64,000 bases of DNA from Octopus bimaculoides (taxonomy: Eukaryota). Below the pieces are notes generated by a model that ran no database searches, was not told the origin of the DNA, and saw only the letters and a list, made by a program, of their open reading frames with translations. The translations under genes and the position numbers were made by a program. Where the stretch lies: NCBI RefSeq assembly GCF_001194135.2, contig NC_068981.1, positions 153,119,120 through 153,183,119 of the forward strand, given 5' to 3'. This document shows, piece by piece, positions 1 to 14,262 of the stretch. Positions within the stretch are counted from its first letter, which is position 1. Every line of letters starts with the position of its first letter.

Positions 1-24
1 CCTCCTCCTCCTCCTCCTCCTACC

Positions 25-75
<51 letters not shown>
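1..75. repeat. Compound triplet microsatellite (CCT/CCA/CTA)n
   Basis: Direct reading of the sequence. Confidence 0.95.
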
Positions 76-82
<7 letters not shown>

Positions 83-656
83 TTGCTGCTGCTTCCATTA
101 CAGTCGCCAACACCATCTGCATTTGTTTGTGCCCTTTTGACCACTATTGCTACTTATCACTTTATCCGTGTAACGTCAAACAAAAATATTAACCTTGTTC
201 TCATTTAGTACAACCAAATATCATTTATCATAAAGATAATAGCAATGTCGTTCAGTTTCTCTGGATTCTTTGCGAAGCTCCTCTTCAATACAGGCCAGAA
301 GTTTAACACTAAAATGATTCAATTAAGAAATAATATCAGATGTTGATGGACTTTTCGCTCAACCCCGTCCGTCTGGAAATGTCAATAAGCAGATGAGAAC
401 GGCAATAAACTTATTGACTGTAACGGCATTACTAACACAACATAGAGTTGGCAGTGTTAACAAACCCGAGGCGACTTCAGATTCATCGAGAAGTGCTGAC
501 ACAGCAGCCATTCAATGGAAATTGACTGGGTCAATATTTGAGGAGCGGGAGTTAATTTAATTATAATGGGCCGTGACACTTTTTCTTTCTCCACCCATTA
601 TCGTAGAAAATGCGCATTGTTCATCGTCGTCGTCGTCGTCGATGTTGTTGTTGGTG

Positions 657-693
<37 letters not shown>

Positions 694-850
694 TATTATT
701 ATTATTTGTTCACAACTTTGATTACATTTCCTAATCTAACTGGTTCCGTCTACTTTATTGAATACAGATTCGCTGAGATGCGAAATATGGCTAATAATGA
801 CAAGCCGTAAGGTTTTATGTAGATGAAAAATAAAGGAAAATAAATATGTA

Positions 851-902
851 AAGAAAGAAAGAAAGAAAGAATGAAAGAAAGAAAGAAAGAAAGAAAGAAT
901 GA

Positions 903-937
<35 letters not shown>

Positions 938-1182
938 CAGAAAGAGAAAAGGAAAAAAGGAAGGAAGAAAGAAGCAATTAAGAAGGAAAGAGGGAAAGAA
1001 AGAGAGAAATAAAGAAGGAAAGAAAGAAAGAAAGAAAGAAAGAAAGGAAGAAAGAAAGGAAGAAAGAAAGGAAGAAGTGAGAAAGAAAGGAAGAAAGAAA
1101 GCAGAAAGAGAAAAGGAAAAAAAGGAAGGAAGAAAGAAGCAAATAAAAAGGAAAGAAAGAAAGAAAGAAAGAAAGAAAGAGA
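851..1182. repeat. (GAAA)n-rich purine tract
   Basis: Direct reading; explains the F/L/S-rich ORFs 750-977 and 815-1267. Confidence 0.95.
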
Positions 1183-1596
1183 AAGGCAAACGATGACTTT
1201 TCAAGGCAAACAGTGATTTGAAGAGATTGTTTTGAGGGGAATTGTCTTTGAGGTTCTCACTAGTCACTGAAATAAAGAAATAACTGTTAAAATAATAGAA
1301 ATGTGTGTTTCTACTTGAAGGGTTTGAGTTTAACTACAGAGAAATAAAAAAAAAAGAAGAATGAAAATAAAAATCTTCAACCGATTACTATTTCTATAAG
1401 ATCAGACCTGATGTCCTTCAAAAATGAATGAATGAATGGATAAAATAAAATAAAATAAAATGAAATAAAATGAATAAATAAATAGTCGTCAGCATCATCT
1501 CCATTTGTTTGTTGGGACTTTAAAATTTTTAATTTTTTAAGCTTCTTAATGCAAAGTAAAATAATAAAAAAGTAAGAATTATTTTATTAAATCATA

Positions 1597-1745
<149 letters not shown>

Positions 1746-1769
1746 TCTTTCAACTACAACAGATCAACA

Positions 1770-1925
1770 ACGACAAAAACGACTAAATGGCAATTGCAGC
1801 GAAATCCTCAAATCACGCATACCGTTTTAAAAATAATGTTTCGTCCTAGATGGACTGGTCCTGCGTTGAAGGCATTTGATCAGAGGTATACTGGTTCAGC
1901 GTTGATTTAGGTTTTTACAACAACA
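1770..1925 (-). repeat. Dispersed repeat family E (unclassified, SINE-like, AAC-rich end)
   Basis: Shares 'gcagcgaaatcctcaaatcac...gcatttgatcagagg' with copies at about 9500-9690, 14625-14745, 18510-18560, 51865-51960, 57370-57530, 61435-61600 and 62430-62615. Strand labels only give orientation relative to the other copies. Confidence 0.65.
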
Positions 1926-2229
1926 CCAGAAGCAGCAGTAGCAGCAACAACAACAACAACAACAAAATATTGTCCACCGAACAGTTTAATGACTTTTATT
2001 TGTCTTTTATATTTGTACTTGTTTCACAGATTGGACTGCGGCTATGCTGGGGCATCGCCTTGAAGGACTTTTTGCTGGAATTCTGTGGTCAGTCCTGTAT
2101 TAGAGAAGGAAACACCTTGAATTCTCAGTACATTGCTCTGGATTCAAGGAATGAGGTCTTTTTCGTTTGTTTTTCACTTTAGCTTATTTAAGGAGCAGCA
2201 ATTGATTGTGTTCTGAAAACTACGGCAGC

Positions 2230-2830
2230 AGCAACGGTGATCTTTCTCTCGGGATGCCGTCGTTGCTTTCACCACCACTCCCGTTACTATCTTCCATACT
2301 TCCTTTTCTTTTCTTCTTTTCCTGAAAAGAAGGCCTCCACGAAGCCTTTGCTACCAAACTGCCAATGAGGTAAAACTCTGAGATAGCTCTGTGGTTATCG
2401 GAGGTCATCTGAATATGGAGGCCCCTAGAAAATCCCACCCGAGCACATATTGTTGCTGGTTAATTCTGCTCTTATCATATTGTTGTACTGCTACACAAAG
2501 ATAGCGACAAGCTAGTAGAGTTAAAGTCAATATCTCTATCTCTAATCCTTGTATTAATGTAACTCAGCATGTGGTAGCCCAGCGTATAGTACTCCAGCTC
2601 CGTTTGTCTCCTCGTCTGACTCATGATTTTAAGCTTAGATATCCTCTTCCATATGGTCTGCACTGGTCAGAAGAGCATAGAGCCTCTCACTCTTTGGCCA
2701 GGGCTTCCTCCAACTCTTCTTTCGTGTTTACATGGAAATCCTCCCCATTGTTTGAAAACCGAAGCACGTCACATTTCTCTTCGTACTTTCTTGGGTAAAT
2801 TTTTTGTGCAAGGAATCCTCGTCTATTCTT
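2230..2830 (-). mobile_element. Degenerate RTE-like LINE 3' fragment
   Basis: Frameshifted minus-strand peptides (QTIWKRISKLKIM, YNNMIRAEL, KEVWKIVTGV) resemble the RTE RT thumb and C-terminus; many stops. Confidence 0.45.
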
Positions 2831-3294
2831 TCTCCTACTGAACTAATATTTCCAACACTCTTCTGTTTTGTGTTTTATTTTTGTTGTACAACTGTACATT
2901 AAAACTTGAATTTTTGTTTGTTTGCTTGTTTAATGATTTTCATAGTTTATTTCTTGCATTTCACTTGATAATAATTTAAAAGTGAATATGTTTATGTTTA
3001 TGTTACTGAGGTCATTGCTACCAGACGTCAACTGTAGATGCCATTTTGAACAATAAACAATACAAATGACTATTTGTCAAAAATATCTAATCAGTTTAAA
3101 ATGTTTATAGACAGAGCTTTCTTCTACCTGTGGTGACAGAGAACTTTCTGTTGCTTGAAGGTCCTTCATCACCACAGGTAGGAGTCTTTTTGCTTTTTGT
3201 TAAGCAATCCAGTAAAAAATTACTTTTTTGATGGAGATCTCCATAACGAAAACAACGCAACATTTATAACAAATGATAGTTTGCAATTTTATCA

Positions 3295-3485
3295 CAGGAC
3301 CAGTAGTTCTGAGGGCAGGAGTCAAGTCTATTACATCGGCCGCAGTATTTGACTAGTGTTTTATTTTATCGACCCCGAAAAGCAAGGTTGAAGCCAGCAG
3401 GATTTGAGTTCAGATTTGAGCCCGAAGAAATGCCACTACGCCTTTTGTCTGAGGTGATAATGATTCTGCCATGTTCCCGACTTAA
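3295..3485 (-). mobile_element. SINE family A, degenerate copy
   Basis: 'ttttatcgaccccgaaa...ggatttgagttcaga' matches the family A consensus on the minus strand. Confidence 0.7.
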
Positions 3486-3509
3486 CAACAACAACAATAA
3501 TGTGCGGAA

Positions 3510-4440
<931 letters not shown>

Positions 4441-5849
4441 TAAACGCAGTAGCTGTTAGGCGCACAGTATTTTCTTTTTGATGATTTATTCCAGGGGAAA
4501 GGATTATGTTTAGAGGAGAGGCCTAGTCGATTACTTCGACCTCAGGCTCTTCGAAAAATCGTATCTCTAAAAGATATGAAGAAATAATTCAAATATAAGG
4601 ACATGGAAATAAAGATAACTAGAATGTGGGTAGAGTGAACAAAATATTCTTTAATAGTAATAACTGAGAATGATTAAAACAATGCAGAAAAACAGATAAA
4701 TATATAATTGAAACCTCATGAGTTACAAATAAAAACAACATAAACAACAGCACTGCTGGACACCACACAGGTTGTGTAGAATATTTTCCTTACAGTATAT
4801 AATATAAAATACAAAATAACGAACTCTTGGACACAACCGAGTCACACAACAATGCATGCGCCTATCTCAGCCGCTTCTCATTCCCTAAGAATTCAGATAT
4901 TTTCTGTAAAATATTTTGTATTAGCTAAACTAAGAAGTTTATAAAAACTTTTGTAAATAAGTTTATCTTCTCTGGTAACCAAAGTTTCCAAGGTAGACAT
5001 TTGCAAAATTTACTTAATTGTTATTAATCATTATAACTTTATTTAATATCCTTCTCACATAATTATTTCTAGCTGACTTTCAGAGCTTAGGTCGTTATTA
5101 TCAGTGATTGGAGTAACCTTCTATAATCACGCTGTAGATATCCAACGGCCATTAGCGGACAGTTAAATGACCAATGGCTTGTTTATGACCTTTCTCAACT
5201 GATTAAACACTATCGTTTGTTACCGTTGGTGAAAATCATCACCTAATTAGTCTGTAAGGTGAACACAGCCAATCATAGAACTAACCATGCAGACAGTAGA
5301 CGAAATATGTGAAGGTTGGATGAGTGAAGAAAACTAGCCAGGAGTCAAAAACCACACACCCCATACACACACACATACGTGCATGCTAGCTATATATATA
5401 TACATATATGCATAAATATATGCATATAGACGTACATATCAAGAAGATGCACATACACTTACATAGGCCTGAAACCTATAATTCAAATACTAACACACAT
5501 ACGCACGCACAAACACAAACACGCGTGATATAAATACAAATATAGATACGCACGCATGCGTTGACACATAAATATCTCCCACACATGTATACGCGTATGT
5601 GTATACGTGAGTCTGTCTTTCTGCGTATTAGGTTGCTTGAGTCGTAACACACACACACACTCGCACACATACATACTCACACACACACACACACACAAAC
5701 AGACACACACAAACACACACACACAAACACACACACACACACACACACGCACATGCGCTTGCACGCTCGTGTGTGTGTGTGATATTACGTGTGCGCACGC
5801 ACCACTCGTTGCTTGAAACCCAGAATTTATTAGATCAATAAGCTGGTAG

Positions 5850-6330
5850 TGTTGCAAGAGAGAGAGGGAAGAAGCCATGATACGGTAAGTGGTGCGATCT
5901 CAACAGGTCATTATACGTCTGACTGACTGCTTGAAATATCTCGACGGCTAAAACATCTTCAGGGCCAATACTAAATACTGAAGTAGGCGAGTAGTAAATT
6001 TTGCCTTGTCTGTAGCTATGAGATTGTTTCTCTGATGAGGAGCATCCATGAAGCCTCTGGCTCTTGTCCATTACGGACAATCATCGTTTAATCTGCTCTT
6101 CTTCAAACAGTTGTACTACCCACGTTATCCAAATGACAATGAGACGAGTCTACTGTTCATGCCGACATGGATGAAATCGTTCCGACATTTGTATGTGTTG
6201 TGTCTTCCGGCATAATCGTCAGAAATCTCTCAATTTGATTGTCACTAATCACTATACAATTGTTTTGTATTTCTATCACCATTTTATTCCGCCCAGATGG
6301 ACTGATAAAATTAAGGGAAAATACATGAAA
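5850..6330 (-). mobile_element. Possible highly decayed mariner-like transposase fragment
   Basis: Weak resemblance only (ERFLTIMPEDTT; LIVIWITWVVQLFEEEQ; YSPTSVFSIGPEDVL). Not verified by alignment. Confidence 0.2.
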
Positions 6331-6644
6331 GACAATGAAAGCACAACTCTTGTAAAGTGGCAGAAATCTTTGTTTTTGTTTTATAACTACAGCAATCAAC
6401 ACATTCTAATCAGAGTATTTGATTTCTTTTCGCTTCCAGTATTTTATCTACAGGGTAAAATGCTTGTGGAAATGTATTTATATTTCTACGAATCACCGAG
6501 AATATGTGTCCGTGTATTTACATCAGGTTTTTATTTATTTACTTGTATTTTTATACGTGTTTACATGTGAGTTTTTAGCATATACGTATATATTGTACAC
6601 AAAAAAACCTATTACTCAGACACACACGCACGCGTACATACACG

Positions 6645-8600
6645 TGCATAAAGGAATCCCCGCGTTACGATAGCAGCGTGTTCCTGGAAAACGTGCTGTT
6701 ACGCGAAATCCCGTAACATGGAATAATTTTTTCCACCGCATTTCATATTATAAAGTGATAATACATTCTGGCGGATATTTTCGGAAAATTAAGTCCAACA
6801 CAACAATTTTTATGCATGAAAATAACAATTTTTAAATACACAGTACAGTATGTAAACGTTAAAAAACATTTGAAGAGAAATATGTTAAGAAATAAATATA
6901 AATCATAATATAACAATCTGGTACGTTCTTCCCATGAAAGATGTTGACTACTGTGTGAGGAGTGATGATGATGGAATAAGAATTACTGGGAAGATGAGGG
7001 ACACTATCTTCTAGCTTATGGTTCATCATCATCAAAATCTGCTTGAGGGGAGAAATCGTCCAAAAAAGCTTGAAATTTATGATGCATTATTTCTTTGTAC
7101 TGATCAGCGTAGCAGCTGAGCTCATGATAAACTCCTATCGTAATTTTTACGTTACATTCATGATTAGGGTTGTTAGCGAAATCTTGCAGACCTTCTATAA
7201 GTGCCAAATTTAGCAATGTTCTTTGCAGTCAATTTAAGTGGTAAAATTTCCGTATTTTCATCTGTATTTTCAGCTTGCTTTTTGTTTGACAGCGTTAGCT
7301 CCTCGTTAGATAACATTCTTTATGAGGTAACTAAACCACACCATCCTTTATGATTTCATGATACCCTACATCATTTGCAAGTGTCACAATATCTTCGAAC
7401 TTGATAGAGTCGTTCTGCTAGGGGTAAGCTTGTAAATTCATGGATACAGTATAGCCACATATTCTTCGAAGCACCACTCAAAGTTGACTGTTTCCCTTCG
7501 TACCATGACTTAGCTATGCTATCCACAAGAACTTCTTGTCAATTGCTTTTATATGTTATTTGGAAGTTCGTCTCAAACAATCCACCTTGAAGTTAACCAT
7601 ACATCTTGAACGTTTAGTTGGAAAAAAAGTTGTATTCTTGGAGATATGCTGTTCTTTCATTGCCAGAAAGATGTTCTAAGTTCACTGGGTTGATTGGTGC
7701 TTTATTTAAAACGAGTAATGCTTTGTTAGAAATATTATGTTTGGTACTGTGCAGGACAAAAATTTTTGTAAACCACTCTTCGAAAAGGTTATAAGTCTGC
7801 TATCCATTCTTAATTTAACCGCCAAATTAGTGGAAAATTAAACTTAAGATAACCCTTGAAAGTAATACTGGTGTAGAGGCTTTAATTTTATATCACCTGC
7901 GGTATATTCTTGCAGAATAAGTGCCAGAGGATTTTTGGAAGTTTTAAATCCTGGCATTGGTTTCTGTTCTCGAGAAATAAAAGTTCTAGCAGGCTTGAAC
8001 TAGAAAAGTGCAGTTTTATCAATAGCTCTAGACTGTAACCCCACCCTAGCACTCATTAAAAAAATTTTTTCTCAGCTGCTCAGATAATTACTAGCAGCCT
8101 CTGTATCGGTACTGACAGCTTCATTAGTCGTTTCTATGTTGTGCAGATTCAAGCGCTTCTTAAACTTTCAAGCCAGATTTTAGAGTCAGAAAAGGTTTTA
8201 CATTGGAAGTTTCACTTTCCTTTTCCGCAAATTGCCATACAAACTACAGAGATGTTTTAATTACCAACGTACTTACTCTTACAGCGTGTTGAGTCTGATC
8301 CTCAATCCATACACCCAAAAGCCGTTCCATTTGACGCATCACAATAAATCTATGAAAACAATAGGTTTAAACAGTTAACGAAATAATTTTTTGAGCGCTT
8401 GATTTAATTTTTTCTTATTGTCACTTATTGTTGACACAAACTTTGATATTTTGGCAATGTGGCAGATGCTTTCTACTGCCTCAAGCCTTTCTAAAGCATC
8501 AGTTTAATATCCAAAGTAATTTTTTTTATGGTTTCTTTTTATACTACGACCTTCATTTCTGTTTTTCCAGACATCTTCAATTGTTGGTAAATAAAACAAT
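6645..8600 (-). mobile_element. Tigger/pogo DNA transposon, near full-length and degenerate
   Basis: Minus-strand peptides occur in the expected order: psq-type HTH (KITLDIKLML), CENP-B-type HTH (RQMERLLGVWIEDQTQ), WLESFKKRLNLHNIETTNEAVSTDTEAAS-like motif, DDE start (IDKTALF*FKPARTFISREQKPMPGFKTSKNPL..AGDIKLKPL) and a Tigger-like C-terminus (ORF 7016-7216). A terminal-like sequence 'ggaatccccgcgttacga' lies near 6650. Confidence 0.85.
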
Positions 8601-9284
8601 AGATACAATCAGCAACTATCTACAACAAATATGTAGTACAAAAATAGCACCGAGAAAGAACTGTTATTTTATACCTATGGATGTAAGAATGGACATGAAA
8701 AAATGCAATGGTGACGGAGTGAGATGGGAGGAAGTACTGTATGATTACAATTAACTGAAACATTACCAGGTGCATGGGCACTTAGCCCCTTACACCTCTG
8801 ATTTGAACCATAAACACTTTATACACTACTCTCTCTCCCTCTTTCTCATTCTCTCTCTCTCTCACACACACTTATACACATTCTTATACACACCACACGT
8901 CGTTGTGTTGACATACAAAATATGTAGCTACAGACATTGCTACATTTACTATTATTGCTATAGATGCTTATACTATTGTTGTTATTGCTAATTGGCTATT
9001 CAAAAACTGATAAGCTGATAGTGATGGTTATACTGGTTTTCATGTTGTAGATAGTTGAAGCATTGCTGGCGGTGAGCGTGCGCGCACGAGCGTCTGTGCT
9101 TGCTTGTGCGTGTGTGTGTGTGTGTGTGTGTGTGCGTGCGCGCGCGCGCGGCAGTTTGGTATGATTCGAAAGCTACAACATTGCAAGGAAACGCATTGTG
9201 ACCAGCAATGTATAACAATATCCGATAGTCTAGTCGATACTGTGATAGACACACGCACAAACACACACACACACACAAACACAG

Positions 9285-9415
9285 ATATACGACGGATTTC
9301 TAGCTCGGGCTAGAGTAGTAGACACATGCCAAAGGTGCTTCGCAGTCGGATTGAACCCGAGACCACATGGTTGCAAAACGATCTTCTTAACCACATGGCC
9401 ATGCCTGCGCCTATA
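9285..9415 (-). mobile_element. SINE family B, 5' head
   Basis: Reverse complement reads ggcgcaggcatggccatgtggttaagaag...ggttcaatccgactgcgaagcacctttggca, a tRNA-like head plus CORE-like box. Confidence 0.75.
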
Positions 9416-9764
9416 TATAAAACTATTTTATTTTTATACATTCAACCATTAAAAGAATATGAACCCCTACTGAAAAGAATAATTAAAAAAATAACTTGAG
9501 AACAGCCGTTATTAACATAAATGTACTTATGAACAGAGGTATCCCAACTATGACTCGTCCATTTAATTTCAGACATTGTATCTTGATCAATATTATTCAA
9601 TATCCGTTCCTGTTTCCGACGGCAAGGTGTGATTTGGAAGACATTTGACTGTTATTTATAACAGACCAAGCAACCACTAAGAGGATCTCTGAGTCCTGAT
9701 ATTCTTGTAGTTACTATTGTTACTGTTGCTACTGGTGCTGCTACTGAAGCTACAGCCGTTGAAA

Positions 9765-9797
<33 letters not shown>

Positions 9798-11424
9798 CTA
9801 CTGCTTTTGATCGTGGAATTTTTGCTGCTGATAATGATATGTAAAAATGCCCGTTAATAAATTGCATCTTTTCAGAAAATAATTCTAAATGTAAACAAAA
9901 CATCAATAGGAATGTTATCGTTATTTCTGTTATTTTCTCCAAATTATAGCTTTTATTTCATCTGAAGGTCCATTTGCTTCTTAAAACAATCTATAAGAAG
10001 ATCAAATTTTCATCTTTTATCTTTTATGTTTTACTTGTTTCAATCATTGGATTGCGACCTTGCTGGAGTACCACCTTGAAGGGTTTCGTTGAACAAGTCG
10101 ACCCTAGTATTTATTTTTATGTCTGATGTTTTATTCTATTATTATTCATCGTATCGCGACCAATTAATTTGAAATTATCACATCAAAAATCACCTAAACT
10201 AACACCATTATAGGAAATCATAACAGCTCATATCATTCCTTCCTCCCCACAACACTACTCCCTCTAGAATTTCCCATGATTTTCTTGCAGCCTTTTACTC
10301 GTAATTCTTCAAGGGAAACATTTTGTGAAATACATCAGTGTCGGAGGACCTGCGAAAGCCATGAGGCTCTCCCACTTCCTTCAAGCCAAATTAAAAATAA
10401 ATAAAATAAAATAAATAAAATAAAATAAAAAGATTCTAAATTCAATTTCATAAATAAAGCTCAGACTGTAGACCATTTTACACGAAACACACACAAAAAA
10501 AAAACTCCTTGAGCTATGATCTCTGTTTATGCACTTAAGAAAAGGATACCAAAATATATTTATGTCGCTTAGGCAAAATTTCAATTGGCGATTAATAAGT
10601 ATTATATTTATACAAATAATAAGTTAACTGAAACGTAAATGCCAGAAACAGAAATAGCAGTGTGACAACTATATAATATTAAGGTATCAATTTAAATCTA
10701 GCCGCCGCAGCATTTTTTTTTTTTAATGTATTCATTGCAGACCTTGCAACCTTTCACACCTTCAGGGCTTGGAGGCTGTTGTATTTTCTCTGGCACATTT
10801 CGAACAAAATTGAAACGAAAGGGCGTGGTTTTAATGGCGAGAAATAACGATTTGCACTCTTTTTTTTTTCTTTCCTGAGCGTACTGTAAATTAAAGACAA
10901 ATTTCTTGCTAGTGATTTAATGCTCATCTTAATTTTTGGTAAGTTCGACCGAAAAATAGGGAATGTTTTTACGATTTTCTTCCACATTTACGTTTTCAAC
11001 CACCTCGAGGCCAACTAAAGATGCTTCAAAGTCAAATAAATAAATACATAAAAATGAAGCCAGGAAACGAAAATTATTATTAAACCGCTGAGAAAAAAAA
11101 ATGTGTCTTTGATGTGTCTCTGTATCTCCTAGTCTAGAATTAAAAATACACGGATTTAGAACAAAAGAAATATCGTAAAAATCTTGAGATATCCATTAGA
11201 ACTGACAATCAATTATGTTTAAGTAGGTGGATTGTCTCATTAATAAACAGCACAAAGATTCTTTATGGCAAGTTTTTGATACATTGTTATTTTGGATTTG
11301 AAAAGCAAAACACGAGACACGAGACAGCCAAAATATCGTGGCAGATACGTAGTGCTTTGGCACTTTCAGAGATCTATTTGTTGGCATATAATGAAGTTCT
11401 TCGGTACTTCTAGAAATATATTGC

Positions 11425-11602
11425 CTTTGATTTGTTTCAGTCATTAGACTGCGACCATGCTGGGACACCATCATGAAGTCAGCACGAGTACTTTTACGTT
11501 TTATAAGTGTCGTACTTATTCTGTTGGTGTCTTGCTGAACCGCGCAAAGTTACGGAGACATAAACAAAGCAACACCGTTAACAAACGGTGGTGAGACAGA
11601 CT

Positions 11603-11605
<3 letters not shown>
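11425..11605 (-). mobile_element. SINE family B, 3' half
   Basis: 'ttgtttcagtcattagactgcgaccatgctggg' family tail; ends at a (CA)n tract. Confidence 0.75.
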
Positions 11606-11670
<65 letters not shown>

Positions 11671-12177
11671 ATATACATACACATACATGCATACATATAT
11701 ACATACATACATACAAACATAAATACATACATACATACATGCATGCATACATATCTATAATAATAAATGCCAAAAGGAATTTCAGTGTATCAGTGTGTCA
11801 CAAATTGACCCCCTCTCTCACTATTCATTGACACTTCTACTACTCTTGCTGGGTTGAGAGTAATGATCGGCATAGAGACGGTGAGGGTAGTAGTCAATTG
11901 ACAGTTGAGATGGTAATGGGGTGATAGTAATAGTAAGAGCTGTAGTTGTGATAGGGGCGGAGGTGACGGTGATGATGATAGTGGTGGTGGTAGGCGGTCA
12001 ATCATGACGGTAATAGTAAGGGATGTGAAAGACAGTAGTGATGGTGGTGGAGAGGTAGGCGGCGAAGTCAAAGGTGTTGGTGGTGGTAGCGTCAGAAGTC
12101 TGAATGGTGTGTATGGCAGCTGTGGTGGCGATGGTGGTTGTACTGGTGATGGTGATGGTCGAAAAAATCAACAGAAA

Positions 12178-12189
12178 GAGAGAGAGAGA

Positions 12190-12262
<73 letters not shown>
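12178..12262. repeat. (GA)n microsatellite
   Basis: Direct reading. Confidence 0.95.
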
Positions 12263-12263
<1 letters not shown>

Positions 12264-12584
12264 AAGAGAGAGGGGTTAAACAGAAAAAAAAAATTGTACT
12301 GACCTCCGAATGGGAAGACAAAAAATGTTGTTTATCATGAAGCTTTGCAATAAGTTCCAAGTCAACATATTATAACATTGTTTTGACGAAAATTGTTCAT
12401 TGCCTGAAAATTATTGGTCAAGTTTAATAAAATTTAATACGTACTCAATGCGTGAAGTGTCAATATAAGGCTCAAGGCTCAATGAAGAGCCTTCCACACG
12501 AGCCAGCTTAAAAGCTGCCCTAGTGCACACACACCTAACATATATATTTTTATCCCTAATATTATTATTATTTTTTATTATTAA

Positions 12585-12648
<64 letters not shown>

Positions 12649-12937
12649 CACATATATATATTATATATATATATATTTATATGTATANNNNNNNNNNNNN
12701 NNNNNNNNNNNNNNNNNNNNNNNNNNNNNNNNNNNNNNNNNNNNNNNNNNNNNNNNNNNNNNNNNNNNNNNNNNNNNNNNNNNNNNNNNNNNNNNNNNNN
12801 NNNNNNNNNNNNNNNNNNNNNNNNNNNNNNNNNNNNNNNNNNNNNNNNNNNNNNNNNNNNNNNNNNNNNNNNNNNNNNNNNNNNNNNNNNNNNNNNNNNN
12901 NNNNNNNNNNNTATATATATATACATACATACATACA

Positions 12938-13769
12938 TACATTGTCTGATCAATAAGTATCCGGACTATTGCCATAGTAACGAAGCTAAAGCATGCAGAG
13001 TAAAGCCGCTTGGCACAAATTGACTTTGAACTATGCTTTGCAACGCACAAAGTTTTAACGTTCTAACTCACTTCCGCCGATTACACCAGAGCTTGGAAAG
13101 AAGGTGTGTAGCGTGTGATCGTCGCATCAATCATAACAGAGAAAGTTGAGCAAAGATACCTGCTCAGAGGCCTGCGCAAAGTTTTCAAAATGTTTTCATC
13201 GTTCACGACACAATCGAGGAGATCTTGTGTAGCTGAGACCCGAGTGTCTTTTTGGTCAGCTGATAGCAATTTTGGCGCAAACTTGGCAGACACGCGTCTC
13301 ATACCCAAATCTTCGGTGATAATGGACTGAACTGAACAGTAACTAATCTGCACCATCCTCTGATAACTCACGGATGGTGATTCGACGATTTTCCCTCACA
13401 GTTGTACGCATATCTGCAATGTTTTTCTCAGTGCTGCTGGCTGCGGGCTTTCCAGTTAATATCGACATTTTTTCGACCATGTTCGAGACGTCTGAAACAC
13501 TCGTACACTTGAGTGTGGCTCAGGCACTCTTCTCCATACACTTTCTGCAACTTTGCGTAGGCCTCTGTGCAGATATCGCCATGACAACTTTCTCTGTCAT
13601 GGTCAACGCGACGATCACACGCTACACACCTTCTTTCCAAGCATTGCTAGAACGTTAAAACTCAGTGCGCATACATGGCGGAGGTCAAGGTCAATCTTTG
13701 CCAAGCGGCTATACTCTGCGTGCTTTAGCTTCGTTGGTATGGCAATAGCTCGGATATTATTGATCAGAC

Positions 13770-13775
<6 letters not shown>
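12938..13775 (-). mobile_element. Non-autonomous mariner deletion derivative with about 200 bp inverted ends
   Basis: TIR 'tacattgtctgatcaataagtatccggact' at 12938 and its complement near 13745-13775. Interior encodes mariner N-terminal HTH peptides (HTQVYECFRRLEHGRKNVD; SVQSIITEDLGMRRVSAKFAPKLLS..QK..RV). No DD34D catalytic region. Confidence 0.85.
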
Positions 13776-13821
<46 letters not shown>

Positions 13822-14220
13822 GTCTTTTACTCTTTTACTTGTTTCAGTCATTTGACTGCGGCCATGCTGGAGCACCACCTTTAGTCGAGCAAATCGACCC
13901 CAGGACTTATTCTTTGTAAGCCTAGTACTTATTCTATCGGTCTTTTTTGCCGAACCGCTAAGTTACGGGGACGTAAACGCACCAGCATCGGTTATCTAAC
14001 GATGTTGGAGGGACAAACACAGACACACAAACATATGCACAAACATACATATATATACATATATACGACGGGCTTCTTTCAGTTTCCGTCTACCAAATTC
14101 ACTCACAAGGCTAAGGTCGGCCCGAGGCTATAGTAGAAGACACCGAGGTGCCACGCAGTGGGACTGAACCCGAAACTATGTGGTTGGTAAGCAAGCTACT
14201 TACTCCATAGCGACTCCTAT
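13822..14220 (-). mobile_element. SINE family B, full-length copy with internal microsatellite
   Basis: tRNA-like head (ggttcagtcccactgcgtggcacc), CORE-like box, internal (TA/TG) tract and tail ending gactgaaacaagtaaaaga. Confidence 0.9.
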
Positions 14221-14239
14221 ATATATNNNNNNNNNNAGC

Positions 14240-14262
14240 AAGCTACTTACTCCATAGCGACT

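Noticed and set aside
6025-6070. CTGATGA followed by ggagc...gctc
   Set aside because: No GAAA box or cleavage site follows.
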